From contig RSEE01000029.1 of NCBI GenBank assembly GCA_003971905.1, forward strand, positions 248,001 to 312,000: a stretch of DNA of 64,000 nt. Reading direction: 5' to 3'. Position numbers and translations under genes: made by a program. The stretch is from Moniliella sp. 'wahieum'. Taxonomy: Eukaryota. How positions within the stretch are numbered: the stretch's first letter is position 1; the number at the start of each line of letters is the position of its first letter. The notes under the pieces are model-generated. The model was not told the DNA's origin, searched no databases, and saw only the letters and a list, made by a program, of their open reading frames with translations. Positions 50,678-63,552 of the stretch are shown piece by piece.

Positions 50678-51943
50678 ATGACACTGCTCGAGGTGGCCGC
50701 GGTCGTGGGACTGGCAGTGTGCCCCCGCTTGTCTACGCTGAGCAGGCGTGGCGTATCCAACAGCGCCGCGACAGCCGCGGCTTTGCCAAGGAGGTGTGCG
50801 GCGTGCTGCTGTTCGCAAATGGCGCGCGGGTGCTCTGGTGGTTCGGGGTGCACTATGAGCTGGCTCTGCTGGTCCAAGCGCTCTTTATGATCGTCGCCCA
50901 GCTCTTTCTATTGCATCTGTGCATCAAGTTTCGCTCGGGCTCGTTTGCCAGCTCGGCCTTCAGCGTCTCCTCCTCCGATCAGCCTGGAGCGGTGGTCTTT
51001 GATGCGAATGACACCAATGCACCCGGCACTGGGCCCCCGCTGTACCCGCTGTGCCCCGATTCCAATTCCGAGTGGATCCTCCTCCAGAGGAGATGGGTGA
51101 GGAAGGCTACCACGCACCCTCGCATCGGCCTGGGTTGGACGATTTTGCTTCATTCTTGTCATCGTCAGGGGAAGCTCTGCGCGATGCGGGCAGAAGACTG
51201 GCGAATCTGCCGCAGCTGGGGATCCAGTCGCTCCAGTCTTCTGCCTCTTCATCCCGTCCCTTTAATTTTTGGAACTGGCCCGAGTTCTCGACGTGAGTGA
51301 AAGAGTTGTGCGATTGGGTCCAATAAGAAGGCTAACCTGTTTTCTCTGGCTCAGATATGTGTTTGTCTTCGCGGGGTACTTGGTTGTCATGGGGGTATTG
51401 CAGCTCTGCCTGGGCTGGTCCCAAACGTACAATTCCATTCTAGGAACTTGGGCAATGGGAGTGGAGGCCTTGTTGCCCATCCCACAGCTTTGGATCAACC
51501 AGCGTCGCCGGTCTTTGTCGGGTTTCCAACTGTCTGTCTTGGCTGGATGGACATTCGGCGATTTGTTCAAATCAGTCTATTACATTGTGCGGAACACACC
51601 ACTCCAGTTCACCTGCTTTGCCCTGATCCAATTGGCAGTCGACCTGGCTATCTGTGCCCAAGCCTACTTTTTCTATCCACAGACTTTGGCCGACGACGCA
51701 GCATTGGCGACTGAACAAGGTAACCATGCCCCTCCCTCTCGTTCCACCTCTCCATCTCCCTCTGCTGCGACCCCCCACGTCCCCCGCGCCTCTTTGCCTC
51801 CACGTGCCGTGGAAGAGGAGCTGGAGCTGCTTCCAGCTGATATGTCGGACGATGAGGATGCAGGCAAGAAGGCAACGCGTGCCCCGTTGCCTACATCACA
51901 GCCGTTCGAGGTCGGGGACATCGAGGCGGACGAGGAGGACTAG
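50678..51943 (+). CDS. PQ-loop protein, PQLC1/SLC66A2/Any1-like; intron 51293-51354
   Basis: PPLVYAEQ..DSRGF..VCGVLLFAN..R..WWFG, RPFNFWNW, EALLPIPQL..SLSGFQLSVLAGWTFGDLFK..TPLQF. Intron GTGAGT..GCTAAC..CAG. Confidence 0.88.
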
Positions 51944-52912
51944 AAAGGGGCGTGATGCAATGCTGGTCCATCGTGTGCACCTACGAGGCGAATGAATTTT
52001 TATCAGTTGCTCAAGGAAAAGTCGAGTGTTCTCCTGGCTGAATTTGTCCTGCTCGTTAGCTGCGCCCGTCTGCGGCCCTACTATTGTGACAACGGGGATA
52101 GTTTGCCAAGTCGTCTCCACCTGCGTTCGTGGCCTTCAATCAATGATTGTGACTCTGAGAGGGCCTCAGGCCGCTGAGGCGACCGATGCAACGCACCGAG
52201 CGCGCACTTTCCTGCCTTACTTCCTTCCTTACTTCCTTCGTCTTTTTCTTAACGCCATAGATTGCCATCCTTTTTCCGTGCCTGTTTGTGGTCATGGGTT
52301 TTCCTCGATCTCTTCAACATCTTCATCGGATGACATGGTGGTGGTCGGTCACAGAGTGGCAACAGAAGCTCCTCGTCTGGGTGCCCAGCATCGATGGTAA
52401 CCGGTAGCCTGAGGCAGCCTAAGGCCTGTCAGCATGTCAGGCCCTCAGGCCAGAGGGCCGCCCTGAGCGTGAGCCGACTGAGGGTGTGACAGGGGCCTGA
52501 GACGGAGGGACTAGGAGGGCTGGAATGGCGGAATTTGTGGCATGCATCATGCATCATGCATCACCCAATCGATGATTATCACGTGATACGCAAGCCTCGG
52601 CTGGCTTGGCGCAACGTTGGTGGCAACGCTAGGTGTGCCTTCTGTCGCAGCCGTCCTGTCTCCGGCACAGGGCAGCTTGCAATTCCGCTGCGCAGCAGTG
52701 GTAGTAAGCTTTGTGCTGCGCAGCCGAGCAGCCGGCTGGCCTGTCAGCTGTCCTCGGAGTTACGAGGCGCTGGTTAAGTAGGTACGTGTCATGCCCCTTT
52801 GCACTCCCTCGCCCTTTTCCAACTGACCAACACCAACGCTCCCCTCCCCCTCCCCCTCCCCCTTCCACTTCCACTCCCACTCCCACTTCACCTCCGCTTC
52901 CACCCTACCAAC

Positions 52913-53928
52913 ATGTCCTCCGCCTTCCCCGCCTCCCCTTCCCATGCCCCCCTCGACCTCTCCCTTACCGCTCTCCTCGACGAGCACAAGCGAGAAAACA
53001 CCCTCACCATCGCCGATGCCATCTTGGGCTTCCCTCCCGCGCAGCCCCCTGCGCAGCTGTCCAGCCCGATCCCATTTTCAGTGGTCCCAACCCCGATACT
53101 CTCTCACCCTTCAGTGACCATCATTTGCCTCAAGCCCTGCTTCTTTGACGTCGCCGGAACGCGCAGCCTCGGTGACAGGCGATGCCGAGAGTCTTCCTCA
53201 TGGTTCTCCCCTGTGGACGCATCTGCCTGATGCCCGCTGCCGGCCCCGATGGATGACCTCATGTCAAACCTGGACGCATTCTCCTTTGCTCCCGCAGCCC
53301 CTGTGCTCATGCCGTCGAGCCAAGCTACCCTCATTCCGCCCGCTGTTCAGCATAACAAGGAGCAAGATTTTGAAACGGCATGTGCCAACTTGCGCGGAAT
53401 GGCCGCCCATGGCCTCCGGCTTCGTCGATGCTGGAGTATGTTAATGCTTCGCGCCCTGGACTTGACCGGAGTATTCCTGCCGAAGTGCTCCTTCAGGGCC
53501 TGATGGAGCTGGAGAACGCCAATCCGGGGAACCATCGTCGCCGTCCGCCTCATCTCAAATCTCCAGCACCGGCCCTCAGCGCCGCTCCCGTCGATCCAAG
53601 CGTCTGACATCAACGTAGCGCCGTACATCATCCCAGCGGGTCCGAGGATGTACAAGTGCGACCAATGTCCTCTAGTATTTGATCGTGCCTACAATTTGCG
53701 CGAGCACCTCAAAACCCACGACCCCACTTGCATCAAGGAATTTTCCTGCCCTCTAGTCCACTGCCCTCATGCATCGCATCGCAGGGCGGACATGCACCGT
53801 CATATCAAGAATGTGCATATCAGAAGGAGGTGCTCACGCCTGAGCACAAATCACTCATCTTGGCTTCTTACCCAGCCATGCGGGGTGACTTTGCCTCCCC
53901 TCGAGGAACGGGTGTCAAGTCTCAGTAA
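52913..53928 (+). CDS. C2H2 zinc-finger transcription factor (two fingers; frameshifted, ends approximate)
   Basis: YKCDQCPLVFDRAYNLREHLKTH and FSCPLVHCPHASHRRADMHRHIKNVH at 53651-53818. Upstream Pro/Ser-rich ORF pieces start at MSSAFPASPS. Confidence 0.8.
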
Positions 53929-54757
53929 TTGGGTATGCATCCTTGTCTTCGGATTTATAAAACTGACCATTTGCCCAGCCCAGCCCCTTCCCTCATTTCT
54001 AGTTTACCAAATCCTCTTTCGACCTCGAGCCCAGAGAACTCTACCTCGTTCACGAGCTGGACCCAATCCAGTCGACTGAACCTGATGAGCATGGGTACCC
54101 CGCACGGTGTTTTTGGCAGCTATCAGGCTCGACTTGTGTCGTGAGCAGACATGCTTACACCTTCCCATCGGGCAACTCCCTTTCTCTGTGTTCCTTGTTC
54201 CACTCCCCTCTCCTTCCCCTCTCCCTTTTCTTCGGTTCCTTCTACAAGGGTCGAGTCGCCGTCAGTCTCCGGCGTTGCCGTCGAGCAGCCTCTCTCCCTT
54301 GTAATAAGGCATGGAACCGCTCCACACAGACACTACTGAATGACTTTATTTGGCATTTGGACTATCATATAAGTCACTTCTCTCATCGACTTTCCCTCTC
54401 TCTCCTTGTTATCTCGATCGAGTTCCTTTGTTAGTGTTCCCTGTCCCCAAGTGTTTTCCACCTGTCATTGCCATGCCTTATTTTCCCCCATCTTTCCTCT
54501 GGCGTAAACAAATGCCCAAACGTCGCCACACTAGCTAGATACGTATAGGACCGACCGTGAGTTTGCGCGTTTGTCAGCACCAGCGGTGTGCCGATGATGT
54601 GGAGGAGAAGCAGCATCCTATGGAAAGAGGCAATCTTATACTACCTGGCTATCTCAAGACAGAGGGTACGGGCCACGCTCATTCAGAACCAAGGGCTTAT
54701 CCCCGTAGATCACCAGAACCATAATGGGTTAGGGGGGGGGGCAAGAGGCTAAATGGG

Positions 54758-55282
54758 TCAAGGCACAACCTTGCCGACGATGTTGTACCTCTGAAGCAGA
54801 TGAGAAAAAAGGATTATGGAACTCGGTCAATTTAGTTCCAGTTAACTAGACAGACAAGGAGAAAAGGGAACGCACTTTAGAATAATAGGCAAACCAGTCG
54901 TTCAGCACTTTGAGTTCCTTCTCGGTCAGGTGCGAATAATCGGCAATTGCATCCTCGGGCTTCAGGGACGATTTCCCCAACGCGGCGCTAGCGTCCTTGC
55001 CGGCAAACACACTGTACCCCTTGCCGGGCTGATACATCTCCCTCCGCGGCGACACATCAAACACCACCCCCTCACTGCCACGTACACAGGCAAACTGTCG
55101 TCGGTGCCATTGTACTTGGCCAGCTCGGCGACCGAGATGGGGTCGTCCTTGGGCGGACTGCCACGTCATAAGGTAAGTACGGCATCCGACAATGCTAGAC
55201 GGGGTTGGGGGCGGGGAAGGGAGGGGACGGGGAGGACGGGGGAGGGTGGTACATACTGCGTGGGCTTCGTTTGGGGTTCCAT
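54758..55282 (-). CDS. Cytochrome b5-like heme/steroid-binding protein (Dap1/PGRMC-type), two introns
   Basis: Spliced reading MEPQTKPT|PPKDDPISVAELAKYNGTD..VYVAV.GVVFDVS..MYQPGKGYSVFAGKDASAALGKSSLKPED..LNDWFAYYSK|RYNIVGKVVP*. Confidence 0.88.
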
Positions 55283-55489
55283 GATTGTAATGGTTGGGAA
55301 GGATAGGAGGTGAGGGTGAAAGCGGGTGTGGGCGAGCCGGCAGCGGGATCGTTGATCCCGCACAGACACAGACCCACTTGCGCCTGGTAAGACCAGCGGA
55401 GTTTGCACGGAGCGGAAACACAGTTCTCTTCATTTCAACGATACATGCTGAGGGTTCCGTATTTTCTCCATGTGCATCGCACTGAACAA

Positions 55490-55571
55490 GGACGGCTGGC
55501 GCAATGGTAGCGCGTCTGACTACGAATTCGTTGTAATCAGGAGGTTGCAGGTTCGACCCCTGCGTCGTTCG
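55490..55571 (+). tRNA. tRNA-Arg(ACG) with 10-nt intron
   Basis: Acceptor GGACGGC/GTCGTTC, D arm GCGC-AATGGTA-GCGC, anticodon arm TCTGA-CT-ACG-A[ATTCGTTGTA]A-TCAGG, T arm GCAGG-TTCGACC-CCTGC. T-run terminator at ~55591. Confidence 0.93.
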
Positions 55572-55801
55572 ACCCGACAGGGCGTCCTCCTTTTTATTTT
55601 TTGTGACTTCTCGCAACACCGCCAAAATAGCATTCTGTGCTCGGTCTACTGCACCCTAATAATGAGTAGCGTCCACAAATCCCATCCAGATGTGTCACGA
55701 GCGTTTTATAGCCCACACTAATTATAGGGAAAAGTGCATTATTCATGGGCGCGACATTCGCATGCAGCCAATCGACGAGGAGGTTGTGTGAAAGGACGAA
55801 G

Positions 55802-56543
55802 TTAGGCCGACGTGAGACGAGCCTCGGCTTCCTTCCAATTGACAACGTTCCTGTAACATATCTAGCGTCAGTACTGGTTGCCGGCCACGCAAGGAGACCA
55901 GGATGGGAATGGATAGGGAGACGTACCAAATCGCCTTAAAGTAGTCAGCCTTGACGTTCTTGTACTGGAGGTAGTAAGCGTGCTCCCATGCGTCAATACC
56001 GACCAGGGGGACATGTGTCAACAGGGGGTCCTGGTTGGCAGTCGTAACGATCTCCAGTTCGCCCGTAGCCTTGTTGTACCCCAGCCAGCCCCAGCCCGAG
56101 CCCTGAATACCAGCAAGGGCAGCGTTGAATTTGGTCTTGAGGTTGTCGAGCGAGCCAAAGTCCTTGCTGATCGCCGTAGCCAACTTGCCGCCCTCGGGAA
56201 GCTCTCCACCGCCCTTGCCTGCAGGCGCCAGGTTCTTCCAGAACAGCGAGTGGTTAATGTGTCCACCACCATTGAAGTTGAGCGCACTTTGCAGCGCGAT
56301 TGTCGCCCCAATGTCGTTCTTGGCTACCGCGTCCTGCAGCTTCTCCTCGGCCACATTGAGGTTGGTCACATAAGTCTGGTGGTGCTTGTTGTGGTGCGTC
56401 TGCATGATTTCCGCACTGATGAAGGGCTCAAGCGCGCCAAAGTCGTAGTCAAGGTCGGGGAGGGTGTGCTTGGCACGCACGCCGGTAGGAATGGCGGTGC
56501 GAGCAGCGCGGACGGCAATGCGCGAAAGGGTGGTTCCGATCAT
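55802..56543 (-). CDS. SOD2: Mitochondrial Mn superoxide dismutase; one intron near the 3' end
   Basis: [58 protein letters not shown]. Spliced end [17 protein letters not shown]. Presequence [17 protein letters not shown]. Confidence 0.96.
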
Positions 56544-57177
56544 GGTGGTAACAAGGGGTGCGAAGCGAGAACACGTCAAGGTGGTGGTGGTGAGAGATGC
56601 GAGCGAAGCGAGGGCTGGCAGTCTGTTATAGGCAGGACGTGGCCAGCGGGTGGCTGGGTGGCTGGGTCGTGCACGGATAGCGCACGGATCGCAGAGGAGG
56701 CGCCTTCGCTGGAGGCACACCTCTGCAGGCGGGCAGAAGCCCAGTGTGTTTACTAAGCCCGATCCCTGTATCCATGCAGGGAGCACAGCGCCAGTATGAG
56801 TCAGCGCCCGGGGTTGCGTCGTGCATGTGTCAGCAGGCCGACATTTGTTGACGTCACCTCAACAAACACAAGCCCCACACATGCCTCGATCTCAGATCCC
56901 ATCATCGCATCCCGATGACATGATGCCAAGGCAATGCCCATGCTAGCGTTAGCATCATGGGCACAGGGCCTTGGGATGCAATAGGGTGCTGCATTTGAAA
57001 TGTTCACCATACACTGTCGTCTGTAGGAAAAGCCAGCTGCTGTGTTGCACCGACCCCGCCCGCCTCGGGTCACGTGTGCCGCTGCCTCTGGTGGTGCCGG
57101 CACATCGACACAGGACAGACGCGTCCAACGAGGCAACAGCTACCTGCCCGACGCCCACCACTACCGGCTGGCTCAAC

Positions 57178-57471
57178 ATGTCGCTGCGTGGATACCCGCG
57201 TGCGCTCCTGCGCCGTAAGCTTCGTGCCCCGCTCTCCGAAGGGTATCGCCTGGGCGCGCGCATCGACTGGGCCGTCATGCTTGCCTATGTCCTCTTCCTT
57301 CGCCGCCTCGCAGCCGAGTGCAAGATCGCGCTCCAAATGGACGCTGCCGAGGCCCCGCCCCCTACCCGTCCAGGACGTCGGCTGTACACCAAGTCCCGAG
57401 CACGGCATGTTCTCCAGCATCGCCACGTACGCGCTGCGGTGCGCCGCCTGGCCAACATGCGCGCCTTGTAG
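57178..57471 (+). CDS. Small basic histone-fold protein, CENP-W/Wip1-like
   Basis: 97 aa: YPRALLRRKLRA..IDWAVMLAYVLFLRRLAAE..LQHRHVRAAVRR fits the CENP-W pattern (YPR..VK..D..LxYxLF...L..E ...H...A). Confidence 0.65.
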   Translation: MSLRGYPRALLRRKLRAPLSEGYRLGARIDWAVMLAYVLFLRRLAAECKIALQMDAAEAPPPTRPGRRLYTKSRARHVLQHRHVRAAVRRLANMRAL

Positions 57472-57907
57472 GGGATGGCGCTTGTTTTCCCCTTCGGCTC
57501 AGCGTTGCTCTTGCACCCCACGCCATAAAGTTGAGCACCACCGTCCCCAAGCGCGTTTTATGGGCACAAATCCGCAAATCAGTCACTATGCAAGATGACT
57601 GCGCTGATCCCACTGACGCTCGGCTGGATGTCTCCCGAGATGATCAAGATATCTCTTCACTCACGACCCTTCAGGCCATGCCTTCCACCACATGTGGCCA
57701 TTCCGTTCTCCAAAGACACGTGATGGTTGACATGCCTAGCAATCCCTATGTAACTCTACCCTGTGCATCCTGCTCGGCTATCACAAGTTCTGGTTGTTTT
57801 TCAAGCTCACCGACAAGGATTATGTTAGCTTGAACATAGACATGACGAATGATCGGCCCAAGCCAGATGGGACAAGACAATGTGCAGAGAAGGGGAGGCT
57901 AAGATAA

Positions 57908-59878
57908 TTATGCCGAAGACTTTTCACGAGGAAAAGATGTTCCCGACGGGTTGGGTGCTACCAAAGACACAGACACGTTCCGCTGGTCTGGACTGGTTCC
58001 CATGGGCAAGGATAATGGCGGACGAGATGATGATCGAGGGACATGGGCACTGCGGCCGCGTGTGCTGCGGCGGATTGAGCGAGAACGATGCCGTGCATAT
58101 CGGTGCTCGCCATCTGAGGGTGAATGGACACGGTGTGAGGCGCTGGTGCGAAAGAGCAGGGTCGTCGAGGAGCCTCGGCGCGATGTAGAAGCGTGGTGCG
58201 AGGTAGTCTCTTGGACATACACAATGAGCTTGTTTCTTCGCCAAGCAATCCACGGGACCACAATAATCAGGTCAAAGATCAGTGTCCCACCCGAACCCAA
58301 CAGGAAAGATAGCCACTTTTGCAAATAGGCTCGGCCGTTCGGCCCTGACGGAGCCAGGTTATAAAGACTGTTGCCGAGAAACACAGAAAAGAAGAGGAGG
58401 ATGCTCCACGCTGCAATGGAAGCACAGGTTACGTTTTGACCTAGAACTGAGGCAATCGGCTGGTAAATTACGGCAGAATGCAAAAACCACGCCGACATGC
58501 GACCCACAGTATGCTCCAGCGTCCCGTCCTGTGCGGGAAGAGGAGGAAGAGAACAAATGAACATGGGCCCCTCCATGGCGATGGGTTTCGAGGCTGTGCC
58601 AAGAAAGATGGCCGAATGAGAAGAGGTAAGGGCCAGCACTGGCCCAGGATCAGACAGTAAAAAGAACACCCACCACGAGCAAAACAATGGAAGGGCCTGT
58701 TGAACGAGATATCTGCCTTGGCCGCGAGCGCCCATGACCATCTCTCTCCAAAGTGCCTCACCTGGATTGGAGGCGGCCAGGAAGTGCAGAGGAGGACCTC
58801 TTCACTGCCTCTGTCACTTGGATCGGAGACACAATTTGGCTCTGGGCCATGAGTGCGGCCTCCCATGAAGAGGGAGACGCCGTGGCAGGTTGCGATCGAC
58901 GAATCGCTCGGCTGATCTGAGCTGGATCTTGAGCCAAGATGCGATCGTGGCGAGACACGCCACAATTGTTGCGGTTCGAGTCATTCCCTGGCCCCGACCA
59001 GCGTCTTCCTCGTCCTCGTCCCCTATCTCGTTCCACACGTCCGATCTCGTGTCCTGCTTTTATCCCATCATCCAATGGAGAGCGCGCGCGCCGGATTGGG
59101 GATTGGGTACGACGATTCGGTTCATCTTGCGGAGTAACCTCTTCGTCGTGGCCCACAAGTTGCTCCATCGCGCGAATCGATTAGACTGGATCCTGCTCGG
59201 TAAAAATGCAATGGAACCAAATTTAGGTTCCAAAGATGAGGCTGGCGGGAACGAGATTTGCCCCAGGCGCCCTGACCATTGTCACGGAGACGAGGTCTTC
59301 TGCGTGGCCCGTATCACCCAGTTGCCTGTTGGGTTTGGGGCGTAGCAACCTGCGGGCAGCGATAGATCAGGATGTACTAAACGAACTGAACCACGATGTA
59401 GAGATCAAAATGCTGCAAAAGTAAGTGGCTACTGCAATGGGGAATGAGGGCTGGTGGGTGAGCCAGCGAGCCGATCCTGTCGCCAATGTCAGCGTCAACC
59501 AAGCCGACCGATCGCACAAGAAGAAACGTACAGATTAAGCACATCGGCCCAGCATCCGCTGTGCCACAAAGACGCCAGACAGGCCATCTACGCTCTTGCG
59601 GCAGTGGTTACTGATGATGAAAACGAAAAAAAAAACTGGTCGATCCACACCAGCCCGATACAACAGCACTGCGCGTAGGTATCACAGACTCAGTCGGTGG
59701 TAGAGTATGGAGGCCTGGTCGGAGCAGCAGTTGCTCGGCGGAGTGAAGAGGTTAGCCGGTTAGGGGCAACCTGGCTAGCATGCCTAGTGTGGCAAACCAG
59801 GGTGCGGACAGGGTGCGGACAGGGTGCGGCAGGTAGGAGCGTGAGCGCGTGAGCGCCAGTGTGTTGGCCAGACATCAT
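57908..59878 (-). CDS. Ypq/Rtc2-like vacuolar PQ-loop amino acid transporter, divergent or degenerate
   Basis: Fragments NHCRKSVDGLS, DVLNL, IAVATYFCSI..DLYIVVQF, VGRMSAW, FLGNSLY, FLLGSGGTLIFDLIIV in shifting frames. Boundaries approximate. Confidence 0.62.
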
Positions 59879-60121
59879 TTCTTTCCTCTTGCCTGCCCGG
59901 AGCAGGGACACGAGCTCGTAGATTGTGGGCGAGTCAGGCGACCGTATTGCTTAATCAGCTGTGGATCGGTGCAACCTGCCGGACCCAAGTGCAGTGGGCA
60001 TGCTGGCAGCAATCGTGCACGGACGATTTGATCCGCAAGACCCCATTCATCTCCGTCTGTCCAATCGCTCTTCCCGCCTCAGCGGAAATCGCCTCAGCTG
60101 TTGATCTCCATCACCACCGCC

Positions 60122-60742
60122 ATGTTCGCTCGCTCTGCGCTTTCTGCCCGCACTGCCTTCCCTGCCGTCTCGCGCTCCCTCCTGCTTCCGGCACGCGCGG
60201 CTCAGCTACTCCCTGCGCGTGCTCTCCACACCTCCCCCCGCCCTCCAGCTCACTGCGCACCACTCTGCTGATGCGCCCGCTGCGCTGGGACCCTACTCTC
60301 AGGTAATCGTGCATGAAGCGACCCAGACCGCGTATGTGTCGGGCTGCATTCCGCTCGATGCTAAGACGGGCAAGTTGGTTGAGGGAGGTGAGGGCGATGC
60401 ATCGGCGCCTGGGGTGATCGAGAAGCAAACCGAACAGGCCCTCACCAACTTGTTTGCGGTCCTCAAAGCCGCCGGAGCGGACAAGACCTCGGTCCTCAAG
60501 ACGACTGTCTTCCTCAAGAACATGGAACACTTTAAACGCATCAACGCTGTGTACGAAAAGGTATGTTTCGTCGTCCCACCCTTTCTCTGGCAGGCTCTTA
60601 TGATTTTCTAACCGAGCTCCCTGAAGGCGTTTGAGGGCCACAAGCCTGCGCGCTCTGCGGTCGAAGTGGCTCGCCTTCCCTCGATGTCGGGGTTGAGGTG
60701 GAGTGCATTGCTGCCGTTATCAAGACCCCTGGAAGCGCCTGA
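60122..60742 (+). CDS. RidA/YjgF/YER057c-family enamine deaminase (Mmf1-like, mitochondrial presequence); intron 60561-60626
   Basis: APAALGPYSQ, YVSGCIPLD, QTEQALTNL, VLKTTVFLKNM..INAVYEK|AFEGHKPARSAVEVARLP, VEVECIA. Confidence 0.92.
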
Positions 60743-61335
60743 TTGCTGAGCAAACGTTTGGCTCCCATCCCACCCAATGTTATTTCCCCGGCTTGGACCT
60801 TCTCCACTGTGGATGTAACGCATATCACGGCCCGCACACTAGTAATTGTCCTTACATACGGTGATCGGAGGACGACACCAAACCGGATACTGGCGTGCGT
60901 GGCCGACGCTCGAATGCCAAGCCTGAAGTTCAAGTGGAGGCGTCTAAGTTCAATTTGTCAAACCTTTATACGTGGAGCGTGGAACGTAATGAACGCTTTC
61001 GGGGGCTGCGCATTGCGCACGACAGGTGCAGTAAAGAGCTATAGGTACGCGCAGAGACCCTGTCTGACAGAACGCCGCAGGACAAGAGGCGAGCTCAGGT
61101 ACCGGTGTGTGGGGCTGATGTGGAGCGGGCCAGAGATAAAGCTTGAAGCTTGAAGTCCCTTTTCTATGAGAGCAAACGTTAAAACAGGCGGTGCCGGTGG
61201 TGGTGGTGGTGGTGGTTCCGGTGGTGGCAAGTGGAATCAGAGTAGAAGCAGGTGGAAACATTCACCAAGCCTTTACGCCGTGCAACAGCTGCGCCCATCG
61301 GCCACGCAACTCCGCCGCCGCCACAGAAAGATAAA

Positions 61336-63552
61336 ATGGCTTCAGAACCCCCCCGTCGTAGATGTCTCCACGATGTCGTCGACTACACCGGTACCAGTCT
61401 CTTCCCCTGAGGAAACCACTCCCTCCACCTCAAACTTCACCCCCATCCTCACCTCTATTTCTCCCGCTTCTACGCCAACTTCCCTTACTCCCAGCCCAAC
61501 CACATCCACCCAATTGCTTTCATCCCGCCAGACTGTGCCGCAGTCCGTTTCCAGCACTGCTCTGCAGTCTGAACAAGGGGGTTCGTCGTCTCCCCAAGCA
61601 TCAAGCTACCACACTTCAGAATCTGTCTCCACTACTGCCTCTGGACCAGAGTCTGGCATCTTCACTAGTACCCAAACCGACAGCACCCTGCCTTCTGAGA
61701 CCGTCGTTACGGGTACCAACGCGCCCCTCTTCTCCGACTCCATCAGCACACACTGATCTCTTCAGAGAACTATCCCACCTGATTCGACCAGCACAATGAG
61801 CGCAGTATCCTCCCGACAGGCTCTAACACGCGCCAGACCAGTGCCGATAGTAGTACCCCCTCCAACCGGCGCCAGTAGTTCACCCTCCTTGGGCACTGTA
61901 TCGTCCACACAGAGTGCGTCTCCCGCACTTTTCTCTGATAAAGTTACTACGAAAGAGGAACAACAACTGACCTTACTTTCTACACAGCTGTGCCCACTTC
62001 TAGCTTCACAGATCTCACAACTACGGACGAAATCAGCTCCTCTACTTTCTCCAATTTGCCGGAGTCCTCCACCCGTTCCGCTTCCAATGCGGAAAGCGAC
62101 CCGAGCACCACCATTGGCCCAACCGCTTCCTCTTCCCTGACAAGTACATTTTCTCAGCCCAGGTCTTCTTTGCTGTCGATTTCGAACACTGCAACACACG
62201 AGACGGGATCCGTCACCATCTCGTCCTCCGTCCCAGCTCCAACATCGGCCCCTGTATCTTCGTCGGCGATTGTGTCGTCAACCACGGAGGCCAGTGCAGA
62301 ATCGTCCAGCAACTTTGATTCTTCCTCTTTCGAGGCTTCCTTCAGTTCAACGGGGCTACCGTCTGCATCTTCTCCTACCGCTTCGAACCATGCACCTGGT
62401 TCCAGCTCCGTTCTGAGCTCCAGTTCCCCCCTGAGCTCTAGCACCGAGAGGTGCTTCAACCGTGACCAGTAGTAGCTATCCCATTTCTTCGACTGCCGTT
62501 GCTGGCTCAAGCCATTCCTCAGCTCCTTCCAGCTCGGAAGTGCCCATCAGTTCGACTCCTGGTTCATATTCAAGTGTTGCAGAACAGAGTAGCACCTTTA
62601 TGCAAAGCAACGGGCCCAGTTTCCTCCTCAACTCCATCCAGCTCCCCTCTACTTTCATCGAGCATTGCTGCATCGTCTACAACAGATGCGGAATCTACTT
62701 CGAGGGCCTCAAGCACGTTGCTTTCCTTGTCAGGTTCATCAACCCAACCTCCCTCATCTGAGAGTACCACGTTGGGCTCCTCGACAACCACGTCCCCGAC
62801 TTCTTCTGATGTCCTAGCCACTAGTACTGCTTCCGAATCTCGATCGACAGTGACGCAGACCTCCACTTCTTCACTTGTTCACTCTTCAGAGTCATCATCA
62901 ACGTCGAAGACCGTGTTCACCTTTCCCTCTGCATCGTCCGGTTCAATGGTGGTCTCCATCCCGCTCAGCCTCCCCCCACCGAGGTGGTGGAAACGTTGAC
63001 AGCGACGCCATCGGGAGGAGGGCCAGGATCGGTGGTCACCTTGACCTCGACTGCCGTCGCCCCGCCTCCGTCGGCGTCTGCAGTGATTGCGGCGATCCCA
63101 ACGACGGCCACGATCGTGGCGGTGCAGGATTTGACGGCGACCCAGACGGTGGTAGAAACGGCTTCGGCCGTGGGCACGAATGTACGTATTTCTCTCTACG
63201 CTTTTGTTTGCAGCCGTGAACAACAAGGAACGGGTTGTGGTTGTGGGCAATAGATCAACGCTGGTGTACTGACTCTTCTCTTCTGTTGTTGTTGATGTTC
63301 CGAAAATTTGGATCGGAATAGGAAGCTGGGTCTTTGACCACCTCGGAGCTGGTTCAGACCATCGTTCTTGTGCCTGTGACCCAGGGCATGTCAACCTTGA
63401 TCCAGGTTACTCCCATCTCCCCTGGGCAGTTGGCCGCGGCAGACAGCGGGGGTGGCCATATGACGACGCAGCCGATCCCTCCCCCTTTTATGCTCCTTGG
63501 GCTTCTGGCCATCATGTTTTTGTCTGGACGCTTGTTTGCGGGAAGACTGTAA
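61336..63552 (+). CDS. Ser/Thr-rich mucin-like protein with hydrophobic C-terminus (possible cell-surface/GPI protein; frameshifted, probable intron near 63180-63320)
   Basis: Successive Ser/Thr-rich + strand ORFs from 61166 to 63253, ending FMLLGLLAIMFLSGRLFAGRL*. No clear signal peptide seen. Confidence 0.6.
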
